Assembly (NCBI GenBank): GCA_001179505.1
Contig: CDMY01000483.1
Location: 4,099-68,098, forward strand
DNA length: 64,000 nucleotides
Origin: Vitrella brassicaformis CCMP3155
Lineage: Eukaryota; Protista; Chromerida
Direction of reading: 5' to 3'
The notes below the pieces were generated by a model that ran no database searches, was not told the DNA's origin, and was given only the letters and a program-made list of their open reading frames with translations. Below are positions 1-12,096 of this stretch, piece after piece. Each line of letters opens with the position of its first letter. Positions within the stretch are counted from its first letter, which is position 1. The position numbers and the translations under genes are program-made.

Positions 1-163
1 GAGATGACGAGAGCAGCAGCCATCGACACAGACAAAGACGGACGAGACAGCTTCAAGACTTCCCAACTGCGAGCCAACGATGGGGGCTTGTGTGGGGTCA
101 TGCATTGTGGTGTGCTGTTGTTGTGGTGGCAGGTCCTTGTGTTGTTAGTGTTTATCGCACCCC

Positions 164-2434
164 TTGTCCTGTCGCCATGCCGGGCAGCGCCGAACTGCTG
201 CTGGAGCACCTCAGGCAGCAGTGTGGCCCAGTCGGCATCTCCTGGCAGGACAGGTCACATCAAAACAGGCGGAGCCCAAGGTCGATAGCCATGATTTGAC
301 GAATTCCCAGTCCCCGCCCCTCGCCAGCAAGGAACGAGCCAGACACATCTCACAAGTACGGATGCACACACACCACACACACCACAGACCCGCATGCTCA
401 CATGACGGTTCGTTCTTTTGTATGCGTCACACCGAGGTTGACCAGGGGAGTACAGTAGCAAGGCCTGAGGGGAATCTAATGAGACTTCAGGTTCCCACCA
501 AGCACTTACACACACATACATACATATACAGACGCGTCCTCTGTGTATGTTCTCAGTCCGACAGCTGCATTTCCCATATGGAGGAGGAACTTATGGAGCA
601 GCGAAGGAGGAAAGAGGAGGAAATCAACAAGAGGATATTCGAAGCACAACAAGAATCTCAGCGACATTTATGTGCATATTCTTGGTGGGCTCCGGCAGGG
701 GTCGTGCCCGCGGGGGACACATGGGGCGAGATGCTCGACGCGCTCCGCAAGGCCATCGACAACCGCAACAAGCTGGCGGAGAGCCTCAGGATCCCCAGCC
801 GAGTGGATGCGGCGGCCCCGACAAGAGAGGGAGAGCGGAGAGAAGGGCGACACCGCCGCAGTTGCCAGAGCGGCCGACGAAAGAGCCGGTGAGCTAAAGC
901 ACGTGATGTGGTGAGGGTATTCCATTCATGTGTCTGTGCTGTGGTGATATGTCTCTGGCTTTTCAACCAGCAGACGAGCCCGTCAAGGTCACTGAGGAGA
1001 GATGCGCGGGGGCATCTGACTGTCTCTCTGTGGCGTGTGTGTTCAGGTAGACGCCGACCCCCGGTTCCAACGAGGACAGAAGAATGTATAGTGAATGCAC
1101 AGCACAGGATAACACAACACGACACAGACACACACCCCATCTCTCTCACGGGTATGCTTTGTGTGGGCTGCGCCAACAGGAGTTTCACTATTTGGGCCAC
1201 TAATCGCATGAAGATCGACCTCGATTTCTACAGACGCAGCACAGAAGAGCTTGAGACGAAAGTCGCCAGATTAGATCTGGACAAGGTACGCATGGATGGG
1301 GACGGCCACACTAATAAATTTATCTTACCGCTCTGCAGGAAAAACTGCAAGATGACATAAGACGACAAGAGGTCCGACACCACAAAGATATCCACGAACT
1401 CAAGGTAGTTGAAATTCAGGCACATGAGGACGTTCCAGCTACTGCTGTGCGATATCCTGATGCATCCACCTCACAGGACGGCTGTCTTTGAAGGACATCG
1501 ATGGAGGCAACCGAAAAAGAAAACCCCCATACGAAAGGTAAGTTGGAGACGGAGGAGAAGAGCGGCAGGCATGTGGAGCGTGACTTTCTCTGTGTCAGAC
1601 CTGCACGAGGCCATGGTCGAAGTCGACCTGCGCGACGAATTCCACCTTGATGAGGAGGTCGTCAAGGAGGAGAAGAACGAGGAAGGGGAGACGGCCGACG
1701 AGAGAGAGGAGGAGACGGCGAGCGAGGAGGAGGAGCACCAGCCGGCGGCAACAGAGGGCTGCCGAACGCCGCCCGCACCTCTGGTGACCCGGCGCAGCAC
1801 CTCCAGCGGCGCCCTGGTGCTCCAGCCGGAGGAGGACCCCGAGGAGAGGCTGCTGGCGGAGATGCTCGAGGTGACTAGGAGAGTCGGCCAGTTCATGCAG
1901 GAGGTGAGCTGCACCGTCAAGGCCACCGTCATGTTGAAAGCTTTTGACTTTCGATGGTGTCCTGGTGGCTTCTCAGTTTGCGGCCAAGGGCAAGACGTTC
2001 CGGGAGCGCCTGCAGAGGTTGCGCCACAACCACCTGAACCAGGCGACTGGGAGCCGCCTCAGGGTGGCTTCTCGGGACAAGAAGCCCTCTCTGCCGCCGG
2101 TGCCCGAGAAGACGCCCGGTATGCTAAGAGGGTGTGTGCAGGCAGCGTTGCGTCTTGCCATGAGTCATTCACTGTCTGCTTATGTGTGTCTCTCTCAGCG
2201 AAGAAGGAGACACTGTCCAAGCAGAAGATGCTGGACGGCAAGACCCCGCTCCCAGGACGGCGCCCACCCTTCCTCGTCGGCATCCCCCGCCGCCCCATTG
2301 ACGGAACATTCGGACCACCCCCGACAGTCACGCGGCCCAAGCCGCCCAAGCGGCCCGAGAAGAGATCAAGTACGTCCGATTACGACATCTGCAGATACAA
2401 ATCTCTTCACAAACGGTTTCTGCATGTCTGGTGA
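164..2434 (+). CDS. Multi-exon hypothetical protein with charged coiled-coil segments and a Pro/Lys-rich C-terminus; true 5' end may lie upstream
   Basis: Exon-like blocks joined by GT-AG introns: MEEELMEQRRRKEEEINKRIFEAQQ, KIDLDFYRRSTEELETKVARLDLDK, KLQDDIRRQEVRHHKDIHELK, DLHEAMVEVDLRDEF..., and a final exon KKETLSKQ...HKRFLHVW* ending at 2434. No family motif recognised. Confidence 0.55.
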
Positions 2435-2975
2435 TCAGAGAAAGCCCTTGACAAGGAACAACCCAAGACGGGCCACGTCTGATGCTGTGGAGGAGGGTTG
2501 AGTGGGGAGGGAGGGTGGGGGGGCTGTGTTGTTTCTGTCTGTGGTGGATTTCAGCCGTCCAGGGGGCGTGGCGTGTCTATGTGATGCGGTTCGAGGGTGT
2601 GAGGGTGGATGGATGGACGCGGAAGGCGGAGGGTCGCCGCATGGAGGGAGTGGCTGTAGTGTGGAGGAGGGGTGGGTGGGTGGGTGGCTTATGGGTTGTG
2701 CGGAGAGGGCGTGGATGCTGTGTGGTGTGCTGGTGTGGGGCCGTCTAGGGGGCGCGCCGCGCACCAGCACCGGTGCGGTGCGCGAACTCGCCTGATCGTT
2801 GTCTACATTTCATATCTTGCTGGGGTTTGACATCATCGCTTTCGCTTTCTCGGGGTCATGACATGGATGTGGACACTTGAAATGTCCGTGTCGCTACGTA
2901 GCGCGCTCGACAGAAAAACATTCATCTCACCCCAATGGTGTGTGAGGGTGCGCGTGTGCGGGCGATGATGATCAT

Positions 2976-5900
2976 CTATCGCACGATCTCCCCCTCCTGC
3001 TTCATGTGCTCCACCTCCCCGTTGCACTGTGGGCACCGCAGCGGCTCGCCCGTCTGCTTTGCCCGAGCACACCAGCCCTCCTTGCATGGGTTGCACAGGC
3101 AGATGTGCAGACAGGGGAAGAACCGCCACACGGCATAGGTATCGTCACCACACACCAGACACTTGGGCTGGCTGAGGTGGCGGGCGTGCTTGGTGGCGGC
3201 GGCGAAGATCTGAGCTAGGTTGGTCTGCTGCTGCGTCGCCATGGCCATGAAGGCGTCCAGCTCCTCGGTGCTCTGAGTCTCCAGCAACGCATCCACCGTC
3301 AGACTGACACGACAGACACCACGATTACAACACATGCACAGTGGGTGGGTGTGTGGGGCACTCGTTGCTGCTCACTTGGGTCGTTTCTTGAGCTCGTTCC
3401 TGAGTGCATCGATTTGCGTGACCTGTGCGGCGTAGCTGTCGCGCTCATCCTGACGACGCTGACACTCGTTTGCCAACCTGCACACACATGGCACGGAGGA
3501 CAGAGGGATGCTGTGGCGGGTGACCGATTCGAGTGTCCCTCTCATCCCTTTCCACTCACCGGTCGATCTTGGCCTGCATTTGCTCTACTTGCATGCGATG
3601 GACAGCCGCCTGCTGCTCCAGCTGGGCAGACACACTGCACACACCGCATCATAACATAATGAACACCGAGACATCTGTGAAAGTGGGTGGATNNNNNNNN
3701 NNNNNNNNNNNNNNNNNNNNNNNNNNNNNNNNNNNNNNNNNNNNNNNNNNNNNNNNNNNNNNNNNNNNNNNNNNNNNNNNNNNNNNNNNNNNNNNNNNNN
3801 NNNNNNNNNNNNNNNNNNNNNNNNNNNNNNNNNNNNNNNNNNNNNNNNNNNNNNNNNNNNNNNNNNNNNNNNNNNNNNNNNNNNNNNNNNNNNNNNNNNN
3901 NNNNNNNNNNNNNNNNNNNNNNNNNNNNNNNNNNNNNNNNNNNNNNNNNNNNNNNNNNNNNNNNNNNNNNNNNNNNNNNNNNNNNNNNNNNNTCCTGCTC
4001 GCGTATGTGCTGGCCGTGCACCGCCTCGAGAGATCGCAACCTGACAGTGGATGAAGAGGCAGACACAGATGAATGCATAGCCATCACAGATCTGCCTTAC
4101 TTGTCCTCCTGTGCGGCGAGTGCATCCCTGAGGGCCTCCTCAGCCACACTGGCGCGCTTCTCGCACTCCACCTCGGCCTCACGCAACCTGAATGTAATGA
4201 ACCCTCAGGCAGGCAAGAGAGAAATGGACAGCCAGCCATCCCATGCGCATTGCCCTGTGTGCTGCTCACCGCTTCTCCGCATCAAACGCCCTTTGCTCAG
4301 CAGCAGTAGCCAGCTGCCCCAACCTGCCCAAGAAGGCACAACACAACACAACACAACACAACACAGACACTTGTGTGTCAGCGGACCATTGCATGTATTG
4401 TGCAGCCGTACGTGTCGTTGTGTGCCCGGAGCTCGCCAACAACGCTGCAGACACGAAGAAGGAAGAACACAGACATGCAACAGGTGTTAGCGGATCCATC
4501 CATCCATCCATCCACACGCACCTGTTGAATACGCTGAGTGGTACGGTGTCCGGCGGGGGCTGCATGGCTGTCCCACCGTCGCTATGGCCGGCTCGTAGCG
4601 TCTCGTCATCGGTCGACAGCGATGGGCTTGGAAGCAGACCAGCCTGGGCTGTCGAGCGCACCTCGTCGGCGTCACACACACCAGCTGGCGGAGGAGCGGA
4701 CGACGAACAGGACGCCACACCGCCGGCTCCCTCGCTTCTGTGGTGCTCGTGGGTCGTCACCTGGACCGCCTTGGGAGGTGAGCGGTGCTCGTGCTGGTGA
4801 GTCGATGAGGGCGGCTTGACTGCACACGGGTCCTTGGTCAGGGGGCTGGCCTTCGTGCGCTTGGCAGGTGGTTTGTTGGGGTCCTCGCGGCGGGTGGTAG
4901 TGGTGGCGTTGGAGCTGAGGGCGGCGAAGGGGTTGTTGAGCAGACAGCTCTCCTCAGGAAGGTCATTATCGTCAGCAGCGGGCTCGGCATCGCTGGCCTC
5001 AGCCCCCTCCTGCCCCACCCCATCGCCACCCTCACGCCCACCGCTCCTGCCTTGGGTCTTGCCCTTGCTCTTGTTCCTGTGTTTCTTCTGGGTCCCTCCC
5101 TTGGCCTTGGCCGCCGCCTGTCGCATCTTCTTCGCCTTCTCCATGGCATCCTCTGCGATGAGTTGCCGCGCCATCGCCGCGGCCTCCTTGGTCCTCCTCC
5201 GCAGCGTCGCCGGGTCATCCTCTTGCTCCTGATGCTGCTGTTGGTGCTGGGTGGTGGGGGCCGAGCGCTTTTGGTGGCAGCTCTTGTTCTTGCTCGCTGC
5301 GGCAGAGCGGCCACTGGCAGACACCGATGGCCGGGACTCTGCTGGCAGGGAGAAATTGGCTCGAATCGAAGCCAGGATCGTGCTGGACCCGATGGCGAGC
5401 ACAGAAAGGATCAGGTCGCCAGATTTGAGGTTGCTGTCCTCGACGGTGTCGGCATCCTTGAGCTGCTCGTCGTCCTTGAAGAAAAGCATGTGCCCACGAG
5501 GGAGTAGCTTGGTGCCCGTCTCCTTCTGCAGCTTGCTCTTGACCGCCGCTATGGTGTCAGTGGCCGCGACCTCCAAAGTGTGGCGCTTCTCTGAACAGAC
5601 AACGGGCAGCGAGCACAAGGGCAAGCACACAAGCCACCTCACGAATGCATGCAATGCAGCCCTTTTGTCTCTTCTGGGCACTGCGGACCGGCGAAGTTGA
5701 TGCGGCTGTTCACGCCTAATAAGCTGAAGTTGAGCGTGATGCGCGGCATCTTAGCCACCACGTCGTCCCCACATGCCTTGAAGTGCTCACTGGCGGCTGA
5801 CGGTCCACTGGATCCGGCTGGGGCGCTGCGAGGACCAGACATCATGTTTGGTTGTGTCCTAGCCCCATTCCTCCCTCACTCCCTGTTTGTCTGTCTGTCT

Positions 5901-6745
5901 GTCTATCTGTCTACCTGTGTGTGTTGCCTGGCGCTGCAGTGGCCTTTTTGCTGCTGCTGCTGCTGCTGCTGCTTGCTCTACGTATGCACACATATGGAAG
6001 CATGAGGATATAGGTGTGGTGTGTACCTGGCTGACGGGGATGGGAACAGAGCTTGCAGGGGCGGTCGGCCGTCGTCACACTCGGAGATCCGGCTATCGGC
6101 ATCAAACAGCAGCACACACTCGTGCGGGTAGTCTGGTGGAGCCGGACCCAAAAGACTGCCACGCGATCCGATCCATGCCCCCGTGCCAGGCCAGGATATG
6201 GCATCGATATGTATGTTTGTAAGTGTGCGGTTCGCAAACGCGAACTCCGCCCTCAGCGCCTTGCCTCCTTCCATCCGATACAGCTGCACCACACCACACA
6301 CGTGACTGGTGAATGGCGTGGCGTGGCGTGGCTGTGCTGACCTTGCCCGGATGTCCTGCAAAGGTATTCGCCACAACTGCCGCGATTCGCTGATCCGTAT
6401 CTCGGTCTTCGATAATCCAGGTAGAATATTCATGACTCTGATACAGACTGGGGATCAATGAATGCACTGTGTGAGAGATCAGCGGCGCCTCCCTACTTAC
6501 TCCGCGACGACTCTCGCCATGATGGTCACGTCATCCGCACCGGGAATTATGTCGCAAATGCGAACCAGACAGCTGCACACACACCACAAAGAAACACACA
6601 CACACACACACATGCACCATGTTGCTGGGCGTGTGTTGGGCTGCCCTGCTTCTTTCTTCTAGCATGCAGCTCACCCATCATGTTGGTCATATGAGGATCT
6701 CCCGCCCGGGCCTCCATCAGGCGCTCCACCTGTCCGGCTGTCCAT
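2976..6745 (-). CDS. Predicted E3 ligase: RPA-like OB fold - poly-Ser - ubiquitin-like domain - low complexity - coiled coil - C3HC4 RING (spans an assembly gap)
   Basis: Phase-consistent GT-AG splicing from ATG 6745 (MDSRTGG...HDG|CLVRICDIIPGADDVTIMARVVA|DLYQ...) through MPRITLNFSLLGVNSRINFA|EKRHTLEVAATDTIAAVKSKLQKETG...LKDADTVEDSNLKSGDLILSVL (Ubl). Coiled-coil exons lie on both sides of the gap, followed by CLVC-x12-CLHICLCNPC-x16-CPQC (RING) and a stop at 2976. Confidence 0.75.
3693..3992. other. Assembly gap (300 N)
   Basis: Run of N; exactly 300, so likely a placeholder size. Confidence 1.
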
Positions 6746-7578
6746 GTCGGCGACTGATGGCGTTTCAACAGATCTCCGACCAGAGGCAGATCTGCGCGAT
6801 TCGCAGAATCCGCAACCGATGAACGGAAGAGAGAACTTGAAGAGGAAGGCCTTCGAAAGGAAGGTTTCTTCTTTCTTTTCCGTTTCTCCTTTTCCTTCGT
6901 TTCTATTCTCTTCGTTCGGCTACGACCGAAGTCGCCTCATCACACACATATCTGCAGGCAGGCAGGCAGACACACCGACACAGCACGGAATGAATGAACG
7001 AGTGGAATGGATGGCGTGTGCGGACCTAGCAGCGTCTTGTGTAAGTACGCTATGATCTTCCTGTCTGGCTTATGCTCATCTCCATGTATGTGTTAGTACC
7101 TGTTTGCTTGCGTGTGTCGATGCATTGCATGGCTGGTGTGCTGCAGTGTGGCAAAACGGGGGCCTGCATACCATCAGCACACACACACAGGTCGATTGCC
7201 TCTCCGCCTCTCCTTGTGAGTGATGTGTCGAGGTCTCTCCGCACCTGTGGATGGTGGTGTGACGCCCTTGACGCCCTTGCCGCCCTTGCCGCCCTTGTGG
7301 TGATGCCAGCTCGCAGATCGACATCGCCGCATTACCTCACTTGCCTGGAGGGTTTCCCGCCCCACTCCCCTTTCCCGAGGCGTGTCCCCTTGTGCAGTCG
7401 AAGCCGTCCGGGATCTGCCTTGGGATCTGCGAGCTTGGGTGGTGACTCATTCGAAACGGTCAGTGCGAGCTCGAGCGCGCGACTCCGAGATCTCGGAGTG
7501 TGTCTTCCCTCTGTGTTTGTTTGACGGCGTGCAGACCTCAGCCTGTTTGCCTGCAGCAGTTGCGCGATATCTGCGTCG

Positions 7579-8831
7579 ATGGGTCACATTGAACGTGCGG
7601 CGCAGCTGCTGCGCACGTGTGACGGGGTCCTGATCATGGCCGGAGCAGGGATGGGCGTCGACTCAGGTACTCAGATTCACTCATTTGAAGAAAAGATGAT
7701 TCTCACACAGACGACGGGAGGTGGCTTGGATGGATGGGTGTGTGTCGTTTCTGCCTGTCGTGACCTGACCCAGGTTTGCCTGATTTCCGTGGGCCGGAAG
7801 GCTTTTGGCGTGCCTATCCGCCGTTCCGGTCGCTGGGTCTGCATCTGGAGGACATGTCCAATCCCCAGTGGTTCTATCAGGACCCACCGCTCGCATGGGG
7901 ATTCTTCGGACACAGGCAAGTGAAGTGGCGGGCGTGCACATGCACCTCCCATACAGCCAGCACACTGCCTGCCGTTGGTTGGGATATATGAGCCAATCGT
8001 GCAGCAAGTGGTCTGTGTGTCGGTCTGTGTGGTGCCGGGGTGGCCTGGCAGGTATGGCCTCTACACCAAGGCGACGCCCCATGACGGCTTTCGGATACTG
8101 CTCGACATCGGGCGGGCCAAGGAGAGGGCGCGAGAGGGCAACAAACCCTCTTTCTTCGTCTTTACAAGCAATGTAACGACAGACAGACAGGCAGGCAGAC
8201 AGACAACGCTGTGTGCGTGAGTGTGCGTGTGCGTGTGTATGTGTGTCCTTGATCAAAGGTGGATGGTCAGTTCCAGCGTCAGGGGTTCGAGGAGGACCGC
8301 ATCGTCGAGTGAGTGAGTGAGTGAGTGAGTGAGTCGTGGAGATGACCGCAGCCAACCGACATCCAAACACACCACATGTGAGGTGTACCTGGTTTGTTTC
8401 TTGGTTGTGTCTGTCAGGTGTCACGGGTCGATCCACTTCATGCAGTGCACCGACTGTCGTCTGCCGCAGTGCCGGGAGATCTACCCCGCTGAAGACCTCG
8501 ACAAGATACAGGTCCGTGACTGCAGTGCACACACTCGCCTGGCGCGCGCGTGTGTGTGTGCGTTGACTGGTGGTTGGTTGGCCTCGTGTATGTGTGTGCA
8601 GGTGGACGAGACCACGATGCGTGCCTCCTCTGTGCCGCAGTGCCGTGGCTGCGGCACAAACGTCGCCAGACCGGTACACGACTGAGTGAGTGAGTGAGGG
8701 AGTGGATCAAAACCAGAGACTCACACGTGGGGTGTGGTGTCTGCCTGTCGGCGGCTCTGTCAGAACATCTTGATGTTTGGTGACTACGGGTGGCTGAGCG
8801 AACGGACAGACGTATGTGCGCAGCCAACACA

Positions 8832-8863
<32 letters not shown>

Positions 8864-9469
8864 TGCAGGCTCCCCCCACACAGCACCGTGTCCGTCTTTG
8901 CCAGGCTCAGTACGAGCGGTACGAGGCCTTTCTTGCCGCACAGAAAGGTACACACACGAGAGAAGAAGCCACGTACTCTACTCGCACACAGAGGCGTGTG
9001 CTGTCTGTCCTGCTGTGCCTGTCTGTCTGTGTGTAGGTTCGAAGCTGGCCGTAGTTGAGTTCGGTGCGGGCCTGCATGTGCCGACCGTGAGAAGGCAGAG
9101 TGAGTGAGCTAGGGACACCAAACCACTCTGATGTGTCAACTGGCCTGTGTAAATGTAATGTGTGTGCGTCAGGCGAGTACATAGTCTCCCGCGGCCGGTC
9201 GACGGGCGAGTACGAGGCATCGCTCGTACGCGTCAACCCACGAGAATCGCAGACACCAAAGGGGTGAGGGACAGCACACAAACAGCCATAACACAACCAA
9301 CACACTAGCGGGTGTGCTCCATCTATGTATGCTGTTCTCTCTCTCTGTGTTCAGCGATGAGTACCTGGGAGTCGACATCGGGGCTCTCGAGTTCATGAAG
9401 TCCGTCGAACCACACCTGCAAGACGTCCTCACTGCGAGCAGCGGCGGGTCAGTCTACACATATGACTAG
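7579..9469 (+). CDS. Sir2-family NAD+-dependent protein deacylase (sirtuin), about 10 exons
   Basis: GAGMGVDSG|MPDFRGPEGFWRAYP, FVFTSN|VDGQFQ, E|CHGSIHFMQC..C, C..CG.VARP|NILMFGD and VVEFGAG.HVPTVR: all canonical sirtuin motifs in order. Stop TAG at 9467-9469. Confidence 0.93.
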
Positions 9470-9968
9470 ACAGACAGACAGACAGACAGCCAGGCAGCAT
9501 CTCTCGAGAGCCATGCGGGCAATTGCCTACCCTCATCGGTTCCAACGGGGTGCGATACGGCGAGCTGCGGCCCATGACTGCAACAGGGCGTGCAGCACCC
9601 CCACCTGACCGACAGCCCCACCGTACCTATGGGGCTCATCGGCCACACACGGGGGAAACACATCCAGTCCACGAATGTGTGTGTGTCGTGTCATGCCTGT
9701 CATGTATTGTATGCGAGTGTTCGTTTGGCTATACATACCGCTGGCTTGGCTGACTAATCGTTCGTGTGTGTTTGTGTGTGTGTATGTGTGTGTGTGTTTG
9801 CAGGTGATGTGAGCGGCCTGAGAGAGAGAAAGCTTGTTTTGTCAATGTGCTTCTTGTCCGTTGGTCGGACTTGCCACCTGCCTTGCCGGCTGCCTTGCCT
9901 GCCTGTCGGTATCTATCGTATCGCTGTCGTGCCTGCCTGCCTGTCTGCCTGCCTGCCTGCCGGTGTCC

Positions 9969-11005
9969 TCATTTCCCGAGGTGTGTGAGATGTGTGGTTG
10001 TTGAGTCCACTGCTCTGTAAGAGTGCCACTGCCACGTGTCGGCATCGATTTGGTGAATGAGATCATGTTTGTCACTTGAGAGAAGGAAGAAGAAAAGTAG
10101 ACAGACAGATGTGCAAGTAAGTGCATGCATGGATCTGTGGGACTTACACCATTCCATCACCACATAGGACATTCCGAGTAAGGGGCACCCACTGTGTGGG
10201 CACCCCGGGCCGCGAATTGGGCGGGGATCGAAAGCAGCGTGCGAAGTGGCGGTCAATTATGCGTCACAGAGACGTGCACAGCAAAAGTGGTGGCGAGAAG
10301 CACACCGACGCATGCAACAATAGCGAGAGTGTCAAAAACATGCAGACAACAACGGCGGGAGCTTGAAAAACATGCAGATCTCGAAGACAGACGTGGCGAT
10401 AACACGCAGGTACTCAGAGGGCTGCAGTAAGAACACAAGACACGCCCTTGTTGAAGACGTGCTTCGCAAAGTATATCAATGCATCGCTGGATGCAATTGG
10501 ATGTGCCTGTTGAAGGGGATATCGAAGACTGCNNNNNNNNNNNNNNNNNNNNNNNNNNNNNNNNNNNNNNNNNNNNNNNNNNNNNNNNNNNNNNNNNNNN
10601 NNNNNNNNNNNNNNNNNNNNNNNNNNNNNNNNNNNNNNNNNNNNNNNNNNNNNNNNNNNNNNNNNNNNNNNNNNNNNNNNNNNNNNNNNNNNNNNNNNNN
10701 NNNNNNNNNNNNNNNNNNNNNNNNNNNNNNNNNNNNNNNNNNNNNNNNNNNNNNNNNNNNNNNNNNNNNNNNNNNNNNNNNNNNNNNNNNNNNNNNNNNN
10801 NNNNNNNNNNNNNNNNNNNNNNNNNNNNNNNNGCGCAAGCGGGAAGCAGCAGACAGTCGATGGTAACCGCATTTGCAGAGAGGAGTCTTGCAAGCATATC
10901 CACTACCAAGTCCATTGCACGATAGTCGGCGAGATCTCTTTCGTTAAGCGCCAGAAGCTCGACAAAGTTGATGCGGCACTGAGGGACCTGCGAAAAGGCA
11001 CCCAA
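9969..11005 (-). CDS. Possible fragments of an unidentified multi-exon gene interrupted by the gap
   Basis: Exon-like pieces with plausible splice sites (ttttcgcag|VPQCRINFVELLALNERDLADYRAMDL|gtag; ctctcaag|..DKHDLIHQIDADTWQWHSYR). No motif recognised and the frame cannot be closed. Confidence 0.3.
10533..10832. other. Assembly gap (300 N)
   Basis: Run of 300 N. Confidence 1.
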
Positions 11006-12096
11006 GAAGGACCAAGCTCAACCAGCTGCATGAACGGACAAGAGAAACATCCCATCCACCACAAACTGGCGCGTTCGTGCGTTGTTCATTCAGTGGATGC
11101 TTCTCGTTACGGATCTTGCTTTTTTTAAGAAGTTCGCGCCCAGAGAGACCCTTATTCGTTGATTTTCTCCGCGCAAAAGAACCGCGATCTTTTTCAAGCT
11201 GCAGCGGTTTCAGGGAACACCCTAGACGGCCTGACGGCCAAGCTTTTCTTCACTAACGTGCCGCTTTAGGGTACATCAGTTTAACGATTACTTGTCCAAA
11301 CGTGACAAAAAAACACAGAAGCTGTTCGACATATTCACGTGTCTGTAGTAGTGCGAGCAACACACCACCGCTACCGATTTTCCTTTTTTCTTCCATACGA
11401 TCGCGATCGAACGTTTTGTCTGCCGGACGTGTTGTTTCTTAAAGACGCAAATCGGGCACTAGCCCAATTCGCGGACACAGCCATTCGTTCTCATTGCAAA
11501 GGAAGCTTCGCGTGCAGGCCTAGACGCATGTGTGGCCTGGTGACCTGCCCCACGCATGACTCACAAAGCCTCCGCTCCTTCCGGAGGCTCCTCCATCCGC
11601 AGCCATCCATTTGCGAGCTACGCGAAGATCTGGAATTTCAGTCGGGAAACGACACGCCTGGAAGCAACGACCAAGACAGTCCCCATCTCGCGTCGAAGAC
11701 AGTACTGCTCGAATTTGTGCCCCTTGGCCACTGCGAGTGAACGGACATCCCTCTGGATCTCCCTCTGGATCTCCCTGAAATCAGTGGTGGTGATGGTGGT
11801 CTTCATCAGCGGCTTATCATGATGCATGTGGCCGGAGCAAATCTCTTGTCGGGGAATGGCTTGGCTGACGAGATCGCCGCGGCTCTACGAGAGAAGCAGC
11901 GACCCACGGTGCGGTGAGGAAGCTGAGGACCGCTGAGGCAGCCACTGGCACGACAAGCCAGCATCGGAGACGGTGTATCTGGCGGCCGGCTGAACGACGG
12001 ACGGCAAACGGAGCTGCTCGCTGCACCGCACGTGTGTGTGTGATAACATCTTTATCTCTTACGGTGATGGTGCGGTGAATTGCGGCCGTTGGTGAG

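Noticed and set aside
7261-7297. 9-bp tandem (gcccttg(a/c)c)x4, reading KGGKGGKGVKGV on the minus strand
   Set aside because: No supportable gene model around it; treated as a simple minisatellite.
7482-7499. 18-bp perfect palindrome actccgagatctcggagt upstream of Sir2
   Set aside because: About 0.25 such palindromes are expected by chance in 64 kb, and there is no other support.
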